Below are positions 34,314 through 43,149 of a stretch of DNA of 57,451 bases, in pieces (the stretch's first letter is position 1; every line of letters begins with the position of its first letter). Origin of the DNA: a virus. The translations under genes and the position numbers were made by a program. The DNA lies in the IMG/VR virus record IMGVR_UViG_3300046059_000043, positions 1-57,451 of that record. The stretch is one strand, 5' to 3'. The notes under the pieces are model-generated. The model had not been told where the DNA came from and made no database searches. It saw only the letters and a program-made list of their open reading frames with translations.

Positions 34314-34537
34314 GCTACGCTGAGGACTACCTGACGGAGTACCAGGAGGGGTGGTGGTTCTACCCAGCGGCGGACGAGGATTCCTCCATCGTCTCAGTCG
34401 AGACGGAGATTGCCACCCTCCCCCCGGACCGGTACGACCTGCTGGTGTGCCAGTGGCCGCTCTACAAGACCCTCATCTACATGGAGCAGTCCCGCGTGAA
34501 CGAGGAGATGGACGACTTTGCGTCTGGCGGCTCCTAA
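33972..34537 (+). CDS. Tail assembly chaperone -1 frameshift product (gpGT-like)
   Basis: The -1 frame is open from before 34200 to the TAA at 34535-34537. It encodes ...SYAEDYLTEYQEGWWFYPAADEDSSIVSVETEIATLPPDRYDLLVCQWPLYKTLIYMEQSRVNEEMDDFASGGS and has no start codon of its own. Candidate slip sites are the GGGGG run at 34268-34272 and the TTTT run at 34286-34289. Confidence 0.6.
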
Positions 34538-34576
34538 TGAGGAAGCTCCTGACCCCTCACCTGATTGCCCTCGCCT

Positions 34577-37500
34577 ATGGCGAACGTAGAAGTCACCATC
34601 ACCGTCAGCGACGAGGGGGTTGTGCAGAGCGTCCGCGCAGGGGCGGAGGAGTTTGCTCGGCTGGAGGAGTCGGTCGAGGGCGCCGCAAGCGCATCCGACG
34701 ACTTCGCGTCGACGCAGTCGCAGGTATCTGACGCCGCCCGCCAGTCCGGCGATGGCGTCGCGCAGGCCGCCAGCCAGACCAGCGCGTACGAGAAGGCGCT
34801 CCAGGCCCTCAACCAGCGCGGCATCCGGACCACCGACCAGCTCCGCGAGCAGCGGGACGAGCTGGAGCGCCTTCAGGGCCAGTTCCCCCAAAACTCGCAG
34901 GCCGCTCGCGCCCTTCAGGCCGAGATTGATCGCCTCGGTGATAAGATCGGGCAGAAGAGCGTCCAGGACATCCAGCGCCAGATCGAGCAGCTCCGCCGCC
35001 TGGAGCAGCAACTGATTACCCTGTCCGGCGTGATGCGGCAGGCGGGTGATACGCCCCCGATCAGTCGTGAGGCGGTGCAGGGCCTCGAAACCGCAGAGAA
35101 GGACCTCGACCAGTTTCAGGCCACGGCGGTCGATGCGACCGAGGCCATCGGCAATGTGCGAAGCCGCATCGAGACGCTCAATCAGGAGCTTCAGGAGACA
35201 TCGGCTCCGGACACCCAGATCAGCGCCTATGAGCAGGCGGTCCGCGACCTGAACAACGCAGGCGTCGTCACGACCGGCCAGCTCGAAGACATGCGCGATG
35301 AGCTTCAGATCCTTCAGGGCGTCTTCGAGGATGATGAGCGGGTCGTGCGCGAGCTGCAAGAGCAGATCGAACGCCTGAACCGCGAGATTGAGCTGAATGG
35401 GGAGGCATCCGAGGGGGCCTCCGAGGAGGCGGCCCAGCACGCCTCGATGCAGGAGCGTCTCAACGACGTAGGGATCCGCACGACCGACCAGATCCGGGAG
35501 CAGATCCAGATTTTAGAGAGCCTTCAGTCGGACCTGAACGAGTCCCAACGGGAGTATGGCCTACTTGAGGACCGCATCATCCGCCTCCGCGAGGAGATGA
35601 ACCGAGCCGGAAACCGCACGGCGGAGTTCGGGCGGCAAACGGCGAAGAGCCGCCAGTTCATCTTCAGCGCGGGGGATGCGGTGCAGGACCTTCGCTTCGG
35701 CGTGGCCGGGGCGGGGAACAACATCGCCTTCATGGCGGAGCAGCTCAGTGAGATGTCGGCCACGGCCACCTCGGCGGGCGGCATCATTAGCTCCTTGTCT
35801 ACGGCCATCCTCGGGCCTGCGGGGCTGATCCTTGCCCTCCAGGCAATCATTGGGCTCGGCCCAGTGGTCGCCAACAAAATTCAGGAGATCAGCCTTGCCT
35901 CTGATGAGCTGAGCGTCTCAACGGAGGACGCGAAGGAAAGCTTTTCGGAGATGGTCACACTCCTTCAAGCCAGCCAGCAAGAGTTTAGCGTAAGCCGACT
36001 GGTCGCCTCTCAGCTTCGGGACGAGCTTTCGAACGTATCGGAGGAGATTTCCTCAACCTTCTCGATGAGGTTGGAGCAACTGATTCGAGAGGTTGAGATG
36101 TTTAATGATCAATTCAACGCAGATGTATTTGAGGGTTACCGGAGGCAACTTCGTCAAGTCTTGGTCGGGAATGAGGACCTACAAGAGAGCCTCGAAGAGG
36201 TGGGGGTCAATATGGACCTGCTGATGGAGAGCGGGCAGTTGACGGAGGAGCAGATGCGCCAGTTGCGCAGGTCCTTCATTGAGAACAAGAACTCGCTGCG
36301 GAATCTTGAAACCATAACTGAAGGGGCACAGCAGTCGCTTGACGAGCTCGTGCAGTCGAGCAGGCGGGCAGAGCTTCAGCAGCGGCGCTTCAATCGGGCC
36401 ATAGAGGAGGGGCTAACTGCTCAAGAGCTCTACGCGGACACGCAGCGACAGCTCACTGAGCTTTCTGGGGAGCTTCAGGACAAGTTGGAGCTGGGTCTAA
36501 TCAGCGAGCAGAAGGCGCTGGAGCGCCAGGCAAACCTGATCGAAGAGGTGTTGAACCTGGCAGCCGGAACCGAGCTCGCGGGCACCCAGCCTATCGAGGA
36601 CCTGCGCCGACAGTGGGACCAGCTCAACGCCGAGATCAAAGAGACTGAAGACGCGACTGAGGGATCCACGGATTCGCTGACGCAGGCGCTTCAGGACTTT
36701 GAGGACCTAAAAGAGCAGCTTGCGTTCGAGGAGCGGTTCAGCATTGGCACCGAGGCGGACCGGGCGCGGCGAAAGGCTGAATTTCTGCGGGAGACAATCA
36801 AAGAACTCCACGGAGATGTCGACACCTCAGCCGAGGCGTTTCAGAACCTCGTCGAAAAGATGCACCAGTTCTCGGCTGAGGCCGACAGGCTGGAGGAGGA
36901 CAGCCTGAAGGTCGATGAGCTACGGCAGGGCTTCGAAGACCTCCTTGAGACCCAGAGTAGAGAGTTTGAGCTCGGCATCACCGATAACCTGCAGGCAGCG
37001 GAGGACCAAGTAAAGTTCTTGGAGGATGCCCTCCAGCAGATCGCAGATTCGGGCGTCGACATGGACACGAAGGGGGTTCAGGAACTGCAAAACGAGCTCG
37101 CTGCGGCAGAGGCGATCGTTCAAAGCTATGAAGGCACCGCTGAGGAGGCGCTGAGCGTCCAAGAAATCTTGTTGCAACGGTTCTCCGAAGGATCCGATGC
37201 GGCGAAGAGTTTTCAGCAGCACATCGGCAACATGTCCGATGAGATTCAAAAACTCAGCGGCATGGACCAGGTGCTGGCTGGCTTTTCAGAAGAGATCGAC
37301 CTTATCACCCGAATGATGGAGGAGGGCGACCTCGAAAACGCTGAGTTTTTCTTGGAAGCCCTCCGGAGCCAGCTCCAGCAGATGAAGCAGGAGGCGGATG
37401 GGGCCACGCCCGTCATTGACCAAATGCTCAGTAAGCTGGACCAGCTTGAGGGTAGGCTCCAGTCCCTAACCCCTGAAGTAGAAACCTTCGGGGAGCTCCT

Positions 37501-38134
37501 TGAAAACATCAAAAAGCGCGGCCAACAGCTTACAATTCGCTCGCTTACCAGCGGATTCCGTGAGCTCGGGCGAGCCATCGGTCAAGGCGCGGGGGCGATT
37601 GAGGCGTTCGGCCAGGCGGCCAAGAAAACGCTTGCAGATTTGGCTGCCATGCTGGGTCGGATGTTGATAAGAATGGGGGTGACCAATGTGGCCGCTGGAA
37701 ACATTCCCACGGGCCTTGCCCTGATCGCGGCAGGCGGAACGCTTATGACGATCAGCGGAAGCCTTGGAGGAGGCTCTCGTCGGCGTGGCCGCGGCGCTCG
37801 GGCGGGGCGGGGACGGAGTGCCGAAGCTGCCGAGCAAGAAACGTCGTTCCGCCAAGCTGAGGACATCCCTGGGCGCCGGGCGGGCGGCCCCGTCAGGGCG
37901 GGGCACCCCTACCGGGTCGGCGAGGGGGAGACGGAGGTGATGGTGCCCCAGGTGAGCGGCCAAGTCGTCCCGCAATCGGCCTTCCCCCAGCGCGGGCAGC
38001 CTGCGCGCCAGGTCGTGGAAGTGCGCTCCAGGATGGACGGCCAGGTCGAGATGGGAAGCCGCATCAGGGACCTGGGCTTTCAGCTCCGAGACCTGATTCA
38101 AGAAGCGGAAAGCTCGATCAGCGAATCTACGTGA
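34577..38134 (+). CDS. Tape measure protein (about 1185 aa)
   Basis: Very long coiled-coil-rich ORF with hydrophobic Gly/Ala-rich segments (GPAGLILALQAIIGLGPVVA; GLALIAAGGTLMTISGSLGGG), placed after the G/GT pair. First ATG at 34577; the ORF track uses a TTG at 34565. Confidence 0.9.
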   Translation: MANVEVTITVSDEGVVQSVRAGAEEFARLEESVEGAASASDDFASTQSQVSDAARQSGDGVAQAASQTSAYEKALQALNQRGIRTTDQLREQRDELERLQGQFPQNSQAARALQAEIDRLGDKIGQKSVQDIQRQIEQLRRLEQQLITLSGVMRQAGDTPPISREAVQGLETAEKDLDQFQATAVDATEAIGNVRSRIETLNQELQETSAPDTQISAYEQAVRDLNNAGVVTTGQLEDMRDELQILQGVFEDDERVVRELQEQIERLNREIELNGEASEGASEEAAQHASMQERLNDVGIRTTDQIREQIQILESLQSDLNESQREYGLLEDRIIRLREEMNRAGNRTAEFGRQTAKSRQFIFSAGDAVQDLRFGVAGAGNNIAFMAEQLSEMSATATSAGGIISSLSTAILGPAGLILALQAIIGLGPVVANKIQEISLASDELSVSTEDAKESFSEMVTLLQASQQEFSVSRLVASQLRDELSNVSEEISSTFSMRLEQLIREVEMFNDQFNADVFEGYRRQLRQVLVGNEDLQESLEEVGVNMDLLMESGQLTEEQMRQLRRSFIENKNSLRNLETITEGAQQSLDELVQSSRRAELQQRRFNRAIEEGLTAQELYADTQRQLTELSGELQDKLELGLISEQKALERQANLIEEVLNLAAGTELAGTQPIEDLRRQWDQLNAEIKETEDATEGSTDSLTQALQDFEDLKEQLAFEERFSIGTEADRARRKAEFLRETIKELHGDVDTSAEAFQNLVEKMHQFSAEADRLEEDSLKVDELRQGFEDLLETQSREFELGITDNLQAAEDQVKFLEDALQQIADSGVDMDTKGVQELQNELAAAEAIVQSYEGTAEEALSVQEILLQRFSEGSDAAKSFQQHIGNMSDEIQKLSGMDQVLAGFSEEIDLITRMMEEGDLENAEFFLEALRSQLQQMKQEADGATPVIDQMLSKLDQLEGRLQSLTPEVETFGELLENIKKRGQQLTIRSLTSGFRELGRAIGQGAGAIEAFGQAAKKTLADLAAMLGRMLIRMGVTNVAAGNIPTGLALIAAGGTLMTISGSLGGGSRRRGRGARAGRGRSAEAAEQETSFRQAEDIPGRRAGGPVRAGHPYRVGEGETEVMVPQVSGQVVPQSAFPQRGQPARQVVEVRSRMDGQVEMGSRIRDLGFQLRDLIQEAESSISEST

Positions 38135-38143
38135 GCACTCTGA

Positions 38144-41100
38144 ATGAGCAACGAGTTTTTCTCTACGTCTCTCCGGACGCGGGCGGGGACACTCGTCTTA
38201 CGAATGATCGATGACCGCCCCAACCCGACCACGATCAACTTCGGCTATTCCGTCGAGAGCGGGATTGACCTGCGCTGGGGCGAAGGTCGGTCAACGGGGT
38301 ATGGGGAACCCGTGGTGGGATCGTTTGCCGACATTACGGTCAAGGACCCGGAGAATCGGTTCCAGCAGTTCTTCGGGACCGAGTTCGATGAGCTAAGCTT
38401 CAAGGCCCTGATTGAGGGGAGCGTTGAGGGGCACCAGTTCCAGTGGAAGGGGCGCGTGCAGCAATCCCAGTTTGACCGCCCCGTAAGCCCGAGGGTCCAG
38501 AGCGAGCGAAAGACGATCCGCCTCTACGATCGGCTCGGGGCGCTGAAGGACAAAAACCCCATCCCCCGCCCGGAGATCCTGGATGTTGAGGAGTTTCTGA
38601 TGCGGACCCTGTTTCCGGCCCAGCCAAACGTTGACATCCTCTACGACATCGATGTGGAGGGGGCCTCATATTTTGACGGGTCCCCCGTCCCGCCGCAGGA
38701 GTGGTACCCCACCACCCGGCGCCCAGCCACCCGAGACGTGGGGGACACAGACGACGTGGACGATGAAGGCATCGGAGGGGGCTCCCTCCGCGAGCAGTTG
38801 GAGACGTTTGCGGGGCGCCTCGGCCTCAAGGTGTGGCAGGAGCCGTTTACGGGCACGTTCCACGTGGTGCCCCGCTTTCGGGTCGGAGAAGAGATCACGG
38901 ATGCCACCCGCATCACGTCGAACGGCTATCCCCTCGACGATAGCGCAACGCCCAGTTTCGACCGCTCGGCGACCATCCCTCAGCTTCTGGTTCAGGACCC
39001 GCCGCTGCGGGCGGAAAATCAGGACCGTTACCAGTCGGTCGAGGGGGTCAAGAAGGTGACCGTTGAGATCGAAAACTCGCCTCTCCTGAAGAACCCGCAC
39101 TTCAAGCTTTACGAATTTGTAAACAGCCGCACGGGGAGCCTGGAGGACTTCACGGCGGACTTTCTGTTCTGGGAGCAGGCCGAGAACCCGTACTTTGCGC
39201 AGAAGATGCAGGTGCTGTGGCCGTACAACAACCGCGTCTGGCGGAGCGAAGAGGAGGCAAACGACTACGTGGGCCTCAATGTCGTTGAGGACGACAATCA
39301 GCTCTCCCTGCTGCGGCAGCAAACGCGGCCCGTCTCGCGGCAGGACTTTCCCGTCACCGCGCGGCTTCTGTACCGAGCCGTGCCCATTGATCCAAACGCT
39401 CAAAAGAACGACGGATACGTCTTCAACCTCATCCTTGAGCACGTCCGAGACGACGGCACAACCAGTAGGGTCGAGACGGAAGAAATCACACCCACCTTTT
39501 TTGGGGCAGGTCTTGAGCCAGCCACCATCCCTGACGAGAAGTTTATTGAGACGCCCGCCTCACGTGAGGCGGGCCAATACAGGGTCACCGTTTCGGGAAA
39601 TAATATCTGGTTCAAGGTCGTCGGATTTGAGCTTACCGTTCAGAACCCGTCAGGGGATAACCTTCTCCTTTCGTCAATTGACATCACCCCCACCGACAAC
39701 GAGAAAGGGCGGAAAGAAGTCCAGATTAGCGATGATACCTTCTACTTCAACGGGGAGCTAAATCGGCTGAAGAATCCCCTCGGGCGAACCCAGTTTATCG
39801 AGAACTGGGAGAAAGAAACGCAACCGACGGTGCAGCCGATTGACTGGTCCAGCCCCCGCCTTGGCCGCAACTACGACAACCTGTATAAGTATCGGGCCGT
39901 CGCTCGGCTCGCCCAGCAGCCCCCCGGCACCGATGCGCTACAGACCCTGGTGGTGCCTGGCATCTTGACGCCAGGGCGAGCCATCGACATCCAGGATGAG
40001 GGGCGCCTCATTTTTGCCGGTGGGCGGACCGTGCACCTGACCGGTGAGGAGACGGGCACGACGGAACTCAACGACATTGTCGTCCCTGAGGTCCTTTCTG
40101 ATCCGATCGACCCTGGGGCTCGCCCAGAGGCGCCGGACATCCTTCTGACCTCGTTCGCCACGTACGACCTGACCGCGCAGGACGCGAGCCGAATCGAGGG
40201 GTACAAGCTGTCTCGCCGGAACGCGCCCGACGCGCCGGAAACGGAAGTTGAGCAGGCGGCGAGTCAGAATAGCCCTGAGAGCGTCGCGGATCCGAACCCG
40301 GCACCCGGCATGAACCTACATGTCGCGCGGACCTACAACTCGAACGGCGACAGCCCGCCCTCCCGCGAGGCTTTGCAGCTTCCCTCCGGCTGGTATAAAG
40401 ATGGGGATCCCGAGTTTTCGCCGAATCCCATTCCGAGCCCATCGGCAGGCGCGTCTAATGCCGCCCTGATCGACGGGGAGATGTACATTTTTGGCGGCAT
40501 AGACGGCTCTGGGCAGCACGCGCGCTGCTATAAATACGACGTGTGGGCCGACACGTGGACCCAGCTCCCGAATTATCCGGAGGGGCCGACCGAAGGACTT
40601 TTCGCTGCCGCGAGTCCCCCGAACGGCGGGATTATCGTCGGCGGCGGTATTGGCCCGGGCGGCGCTCGGCCTGGGACGCACTTCTGGAACCGATCCGTTC
40701 CGGAGTGGCAGCCGCTCGATAATTTGCCAGAACCGATCGGATACGGCGCCGTGGCCCGAGGGCGCGGCAGCGGAAACTACGAAATTCTGATCGCCCACGG
40801 CGGAGAGGATGGCGCAGGAGCCGCCACAAGCGCCGTGCAGCGGCTGAACTTAAATTCAGGGGCATGGGCTACCCTAAGCGACGCGCCCTTCTCAGAGCGT
40901 CGTCACGGCGCGGTCTACAGGCAGAGCGATGACCTGTGGTATGTGTTCGGCGGGGCGGAGGACCGCTCGCGCCTGTGGCAGTTCAACGCAAGGCAGGACG
41001 CGTGGTCATCGGTTGGGAGCGCCCCGCCCACGCCCGTATCGGAGTACGGAATCGCGTACTCAAACGCACAAGACTCTGCGTTCCTGATTGGCGGGACGCC

Positions 41101-41476
41101 CAGCGGGGGCGGCCAGGCCGAGCAGCCGCAGGAGTATTCGTTCTCCGCAGGCGCGTGGACGGAGCACGCCGGAATGCCGACTCCCAGAAGCGAGGCGCGG
41201 GGCGTCTTCATCGACGGCTTTGATGTTCTGTTCGCGGTCGGCGGGGACGGTGGCTCGCCGACGGGCATCAATGAGGTGTATGTCCTCGGGCTCAACCTCA
41301 AAAAGTCGGGCAGCGAGCCGACGTGGACGAGCTGTCAGGACTACACCGTGGATGAGCCGCTCACCGAAGAAAACGCGCCCACGTGGACGAGCTGCCAGAA
41401 CTACACCGTGACCGCCGAAACCGCAAACACGGCACCGCAGTGGACGAGCTGTCAGGATTATACGACCTCTGAATGA
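38144..41476 (+). CDS. Large tail/baseplate protein with a C-terminal Kelch-type beta-propeller and three terminal PTWTSCQDYT modules (1110 aa)
   Basis: Repeated Kelch-like blades (MYIFGGIDGSG...YKYDVWADTWTQLP; LWYVFGGAEDRSRLWQFNARQDAWSSV; FLIGGTP...YSFSAGAWTEHAGMP). It directly follows the tape measure gene. Confidence 0.75.
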   Translation: MSNEFFSTSLRTRAGTLVLRMIDDRPNPTTINFGYSVESGIDLRWGEGRSTGYGEPVVGSFADITVKDPENRFQQFFGTEFDELSFKALIEGSVEGHQFQWKGRVQQSQFDRPVSPRVQSERKTIRLYDRLGALKDKNPIPRPEILDVEEFLMRTLFPAQPNVDILYDIDVEGASYFDGSPVPPQEWYPTTRRPATRDVGDTDDVDDEGIGGGSLREQLETFAGRLGLKVWQEPFTGTFHVVPRFRVGEEITDATRITSNGYPLDDSATPSFDRSATIPQLLVQDPPLRAENQDRYQSVEGVKKVTVEIENSPLLKNPHFKLYEFVNSRTGSLEDFTADFLFWEQAENPYFAQKMQVLWPYNNRVWRSEEEANDYVGLNVVEDDNQLSLLRQQTRPVSRQDFPVTARLLYRAVPIDPNAQKNDGYVFNLILEHVRDDGTTSRVETEEITPTFFGAGLEPATIPDEKFIETPASREAGQYRVTVSGNNIWFKVVGFELTVQNPSGDNLLLSSIDITPTDNEKGRKEVQISDDTFYFNGELNRLKNPLGRTQFIENWEKETQPTVQPIDWSSPRLGRNYDNLYKYRAVARLAQQPPGTDALQTLVVPGILTPGRAIDIQDEGRLIFAGGRTVHLTGEETGTTELNDIVVPEVLSDPIDPGARPEAPDILLTSFATYDLTAQDASRIEGYKLSRRNAPDAPETEVEQAASQNSPESVADPNPAPGMNLHVARTYNSNGDSPPSREALQLPSGWYKDGDPEFSPNPIPSPSAGASNAALIDGEMYIFGGIDGSGQHARCYKYDVWADTWTQLPNYPEGPTEGLFAAASPPNGGIIVGGGIGPGGARPGTHFWNRSVPEWQPLDNLPEPIGYGAVARGRGSGNYEILIAHGGEDGAGAATSAVQRLNLNSGAWATLSDAPFSERRHGAVYRQSDDLWYVFGGAEDRSRLWQFNARQDAWSSVGSAPPTPVSEYGIAYSNAQDSAFLIGGTPSGGGQAEQPQEYSFSAGAWTEHAGMPTPRSEARGVFIDGFDVLFAVGGDGGSPTGINEVYVLGLNLKKSGSEPTWTSCQDYTVDEPLTEENAPTWTSCQNYTVTAETANTAPQWTSCQDYTTSE
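41318..41467 (+). repeat. Three in-frame copies of the P(T/Q)WTSCQ(D/N)YT module (periods of 60 and 57 nt)
   Basis: PTWTSCQDYTV at 41318-41350, PTWTSCQNYTV at 41378-41410, PQWTSCQDYTT at 41435-41467. Confidence 0.9.
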
Positions 41477-41505
41477 CCGTTTGACAACTGGCTGGCCCGA
41501 CCCTT

Positions 41506-42057
41506 ATGGCCGACAAGAAAGAGCGTGCGTCCGGCACTGGAGAGACGCTTGGCGAGAGCCAATCAGAGGTAGACAACCTGAAGAGCGTCTACACCCTGCG
41601 CGCAGAGCAGAGCGACAGCGAGATCGTTTTGCCGAAGGCGACGGCGGGTAACGTGACCGAAGTTGCGCTCTACGTCATCCGCGTCGATGACGGATCGAGC
41701 GGACATGAGGCACGGATCGCCACGAAGACGTACCCGATTCAGATTTCGCCGGGGCAAGAGGCGCCCAAGTATCGGCTGAGCGGCTTCGAGATGGTGCGCC
41801 TTTACGCTGTCCAGGCCAGGTGGTACGTTATAGCCCGCAGCAGCCTCACTCGCCTCGGCTCAGTCGGTAAGGTTCCCCCCCTGGAGTCGAAGGGGTCGGG
41901 TGCCCAGCCCGAGGTCGTGAGCGACTTGGAGGAGCTGAAGCGGGCGGTGAATCAGCTCATTGAGCGAAGCCGGGAGCAGGGCATCACCGCGGGAAGTGGC
42001 CGCCTGGACACCGACTTCTCCGAATCCGGCTCTATCGTGACGAGCACCGCTTTTTGA
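41506..42057 (+). CDS. hypothetical tail-module protein (183 aa)
   Basis: ORF track, position within the tail genes. Confidence 0.55.
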   Translation: MADKKERASGTGETLGESQSEVDNLKSVYTLRAEQSDSEIVLPKATAGNVTEVALYVIRVDDGSSGHEARIATKTYPIQISPGQEAPKYRLSGFEMVRLYAVQARWYVIARSSLTRLGSVGKVPPLESKGSGAQPEVVSDLEELKRAVNQLIERSREQGITAGSGRLDTDFSESGSIVTSTAF

Positions 42058-42089
42058 GCAACGCCTCTTGAAAAACATCGGATCTGACA

Positions 42090-43088
42090 ATGGCTGTCAC
42101 CACGATTGTCGCGTATGACGCCGACGACAACAAGGTCGACATCTACACGACCGACGACCCGGCGGAGGGCGGCGGCTCAAAACTTCAGGACATCGTTGAC
42201 GCGCTCGGGGAGGAGACTGCGACGGGCGACGAGGCGGACTCGACCGCAGCCGCTGCCCTGAACGCGCGCCTCGCGGCCCTCACCGACGCCCTGCGGTCGG
42301 GCCAGGACAACGACGCCCTCCGCGTGGCGGTAGCCGAGGACATTCTGTCCGGGCAACTGAGCGTTTCCGTCGATGGGCAGAGCGGTTTCTTTTCGGTTAC
42401 CGACAACAACTTCGTCCTCTCGGCGAACGACGGGGTTGACATCGGCGACGTGGGGATCGAAGACATTGCCCCCGTCACCGGGCAGGCAACGAAATCAGGG
42501 TCTCTGCCCGTGACGCTGGCCTCTGACAGAGACACGGTGCCGACCGCCCTTCAGGACCTCTCGCCCGTGACCGGCCAGTCGGCAAAGTCGGGTTCGGTGC
42601 CGGTCACCCTTGCCTCCGACGAGGACAACCTTGGAACCCAAATCGAAGCCATTTCCTCCGTGACTGGCGAGGCGCAGGAGTCCGGCTCCCTGCCCGTCAC
42701 GCTTGCCACCGATGAAAGCGCCGTCCCCGTTGAGCAGCAGACGGCGGTGAAGGTGGAGGACTCCGGGGGCACCGATATTGACCCGGCAAAAAACGTAGAC
42801 GGGGCCTCCGCCACCGCGAGCGTCACCGACACGTCCAACGCCACAATTCAAGTCCCCGATGGTCGGACCACGATCACCGTGATGGTGGAGGCGAGCGGCG
42901 GAGCGGTAGACACGACCGTTGAGGTGTCCACAGGCGGAACCAACTGGTACGAGAAGACCTCCGTGTTTAACTCGAACGTTTCCGACGGAGATGCGGAGGC
43001 GGAGTCGTTCCAGACGGGGGCCGAATACGTCCGCGCAAGCGGCGATGCGAACGTGGGGAGGGTCGAGGTCGCGGCCAAAGGCGCTTGA
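42090..43088 (+). CDS. Tail fibre-like protein with three 31-aa tandem repeats (332 aa)
   Basis: Repeats IAPVTGQATKSGSLPVTLASDRDTVPTALQD, LSPVTGQSAKSGSVPVTLASDEDNLGTQIEA and ISSVTGEAQESGSLPVTLATDESAVPVEQQT. Confidence 0.6.
   Translation: MAVTTIVAYDADDNKVDIYTTDDPAEGGGSKLQDIVDALGEETATGDEADSTAAAALNARLAALTDALRSGQDNDALRVAVAEDILSGQLSVSVDGQSGFFSVTDNNFVLSANDGVDIGDVGIEDIAPVTGQATKSGSLPVTLASDRDTVPTALQDLSPVTGQSAKSGSVPVTLASDEDNLGTQIEAISSVTGEAQESGSLPVTLATDESAVPVEQQTAVKVEDSGGTDIDPAKNVDGASATASVTDTSNATIQVPDGRTTITVMVEASGGAVDTTVEVSTGGTNWYEKTSVFNSNVSDGDAEAESFQTGAEYVRASGDANVGRVEVAAKGA
42465..42743 (+). repeat. 3 x 93-nt in-frame tandem repeat
   Basis: Repeat starts at 42465, 42558 and 42651. Conserved core: VTG-x4-SGS(L/V)PVTLA(S/T)D. 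Confidence 0.85.
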
Positions 43089-43149
43089 GGGCGGGATAAC
43101 CTGTTTCCACCATACCTGAGCCTGCTTCACGAACCGAGAGGTTCACCTA

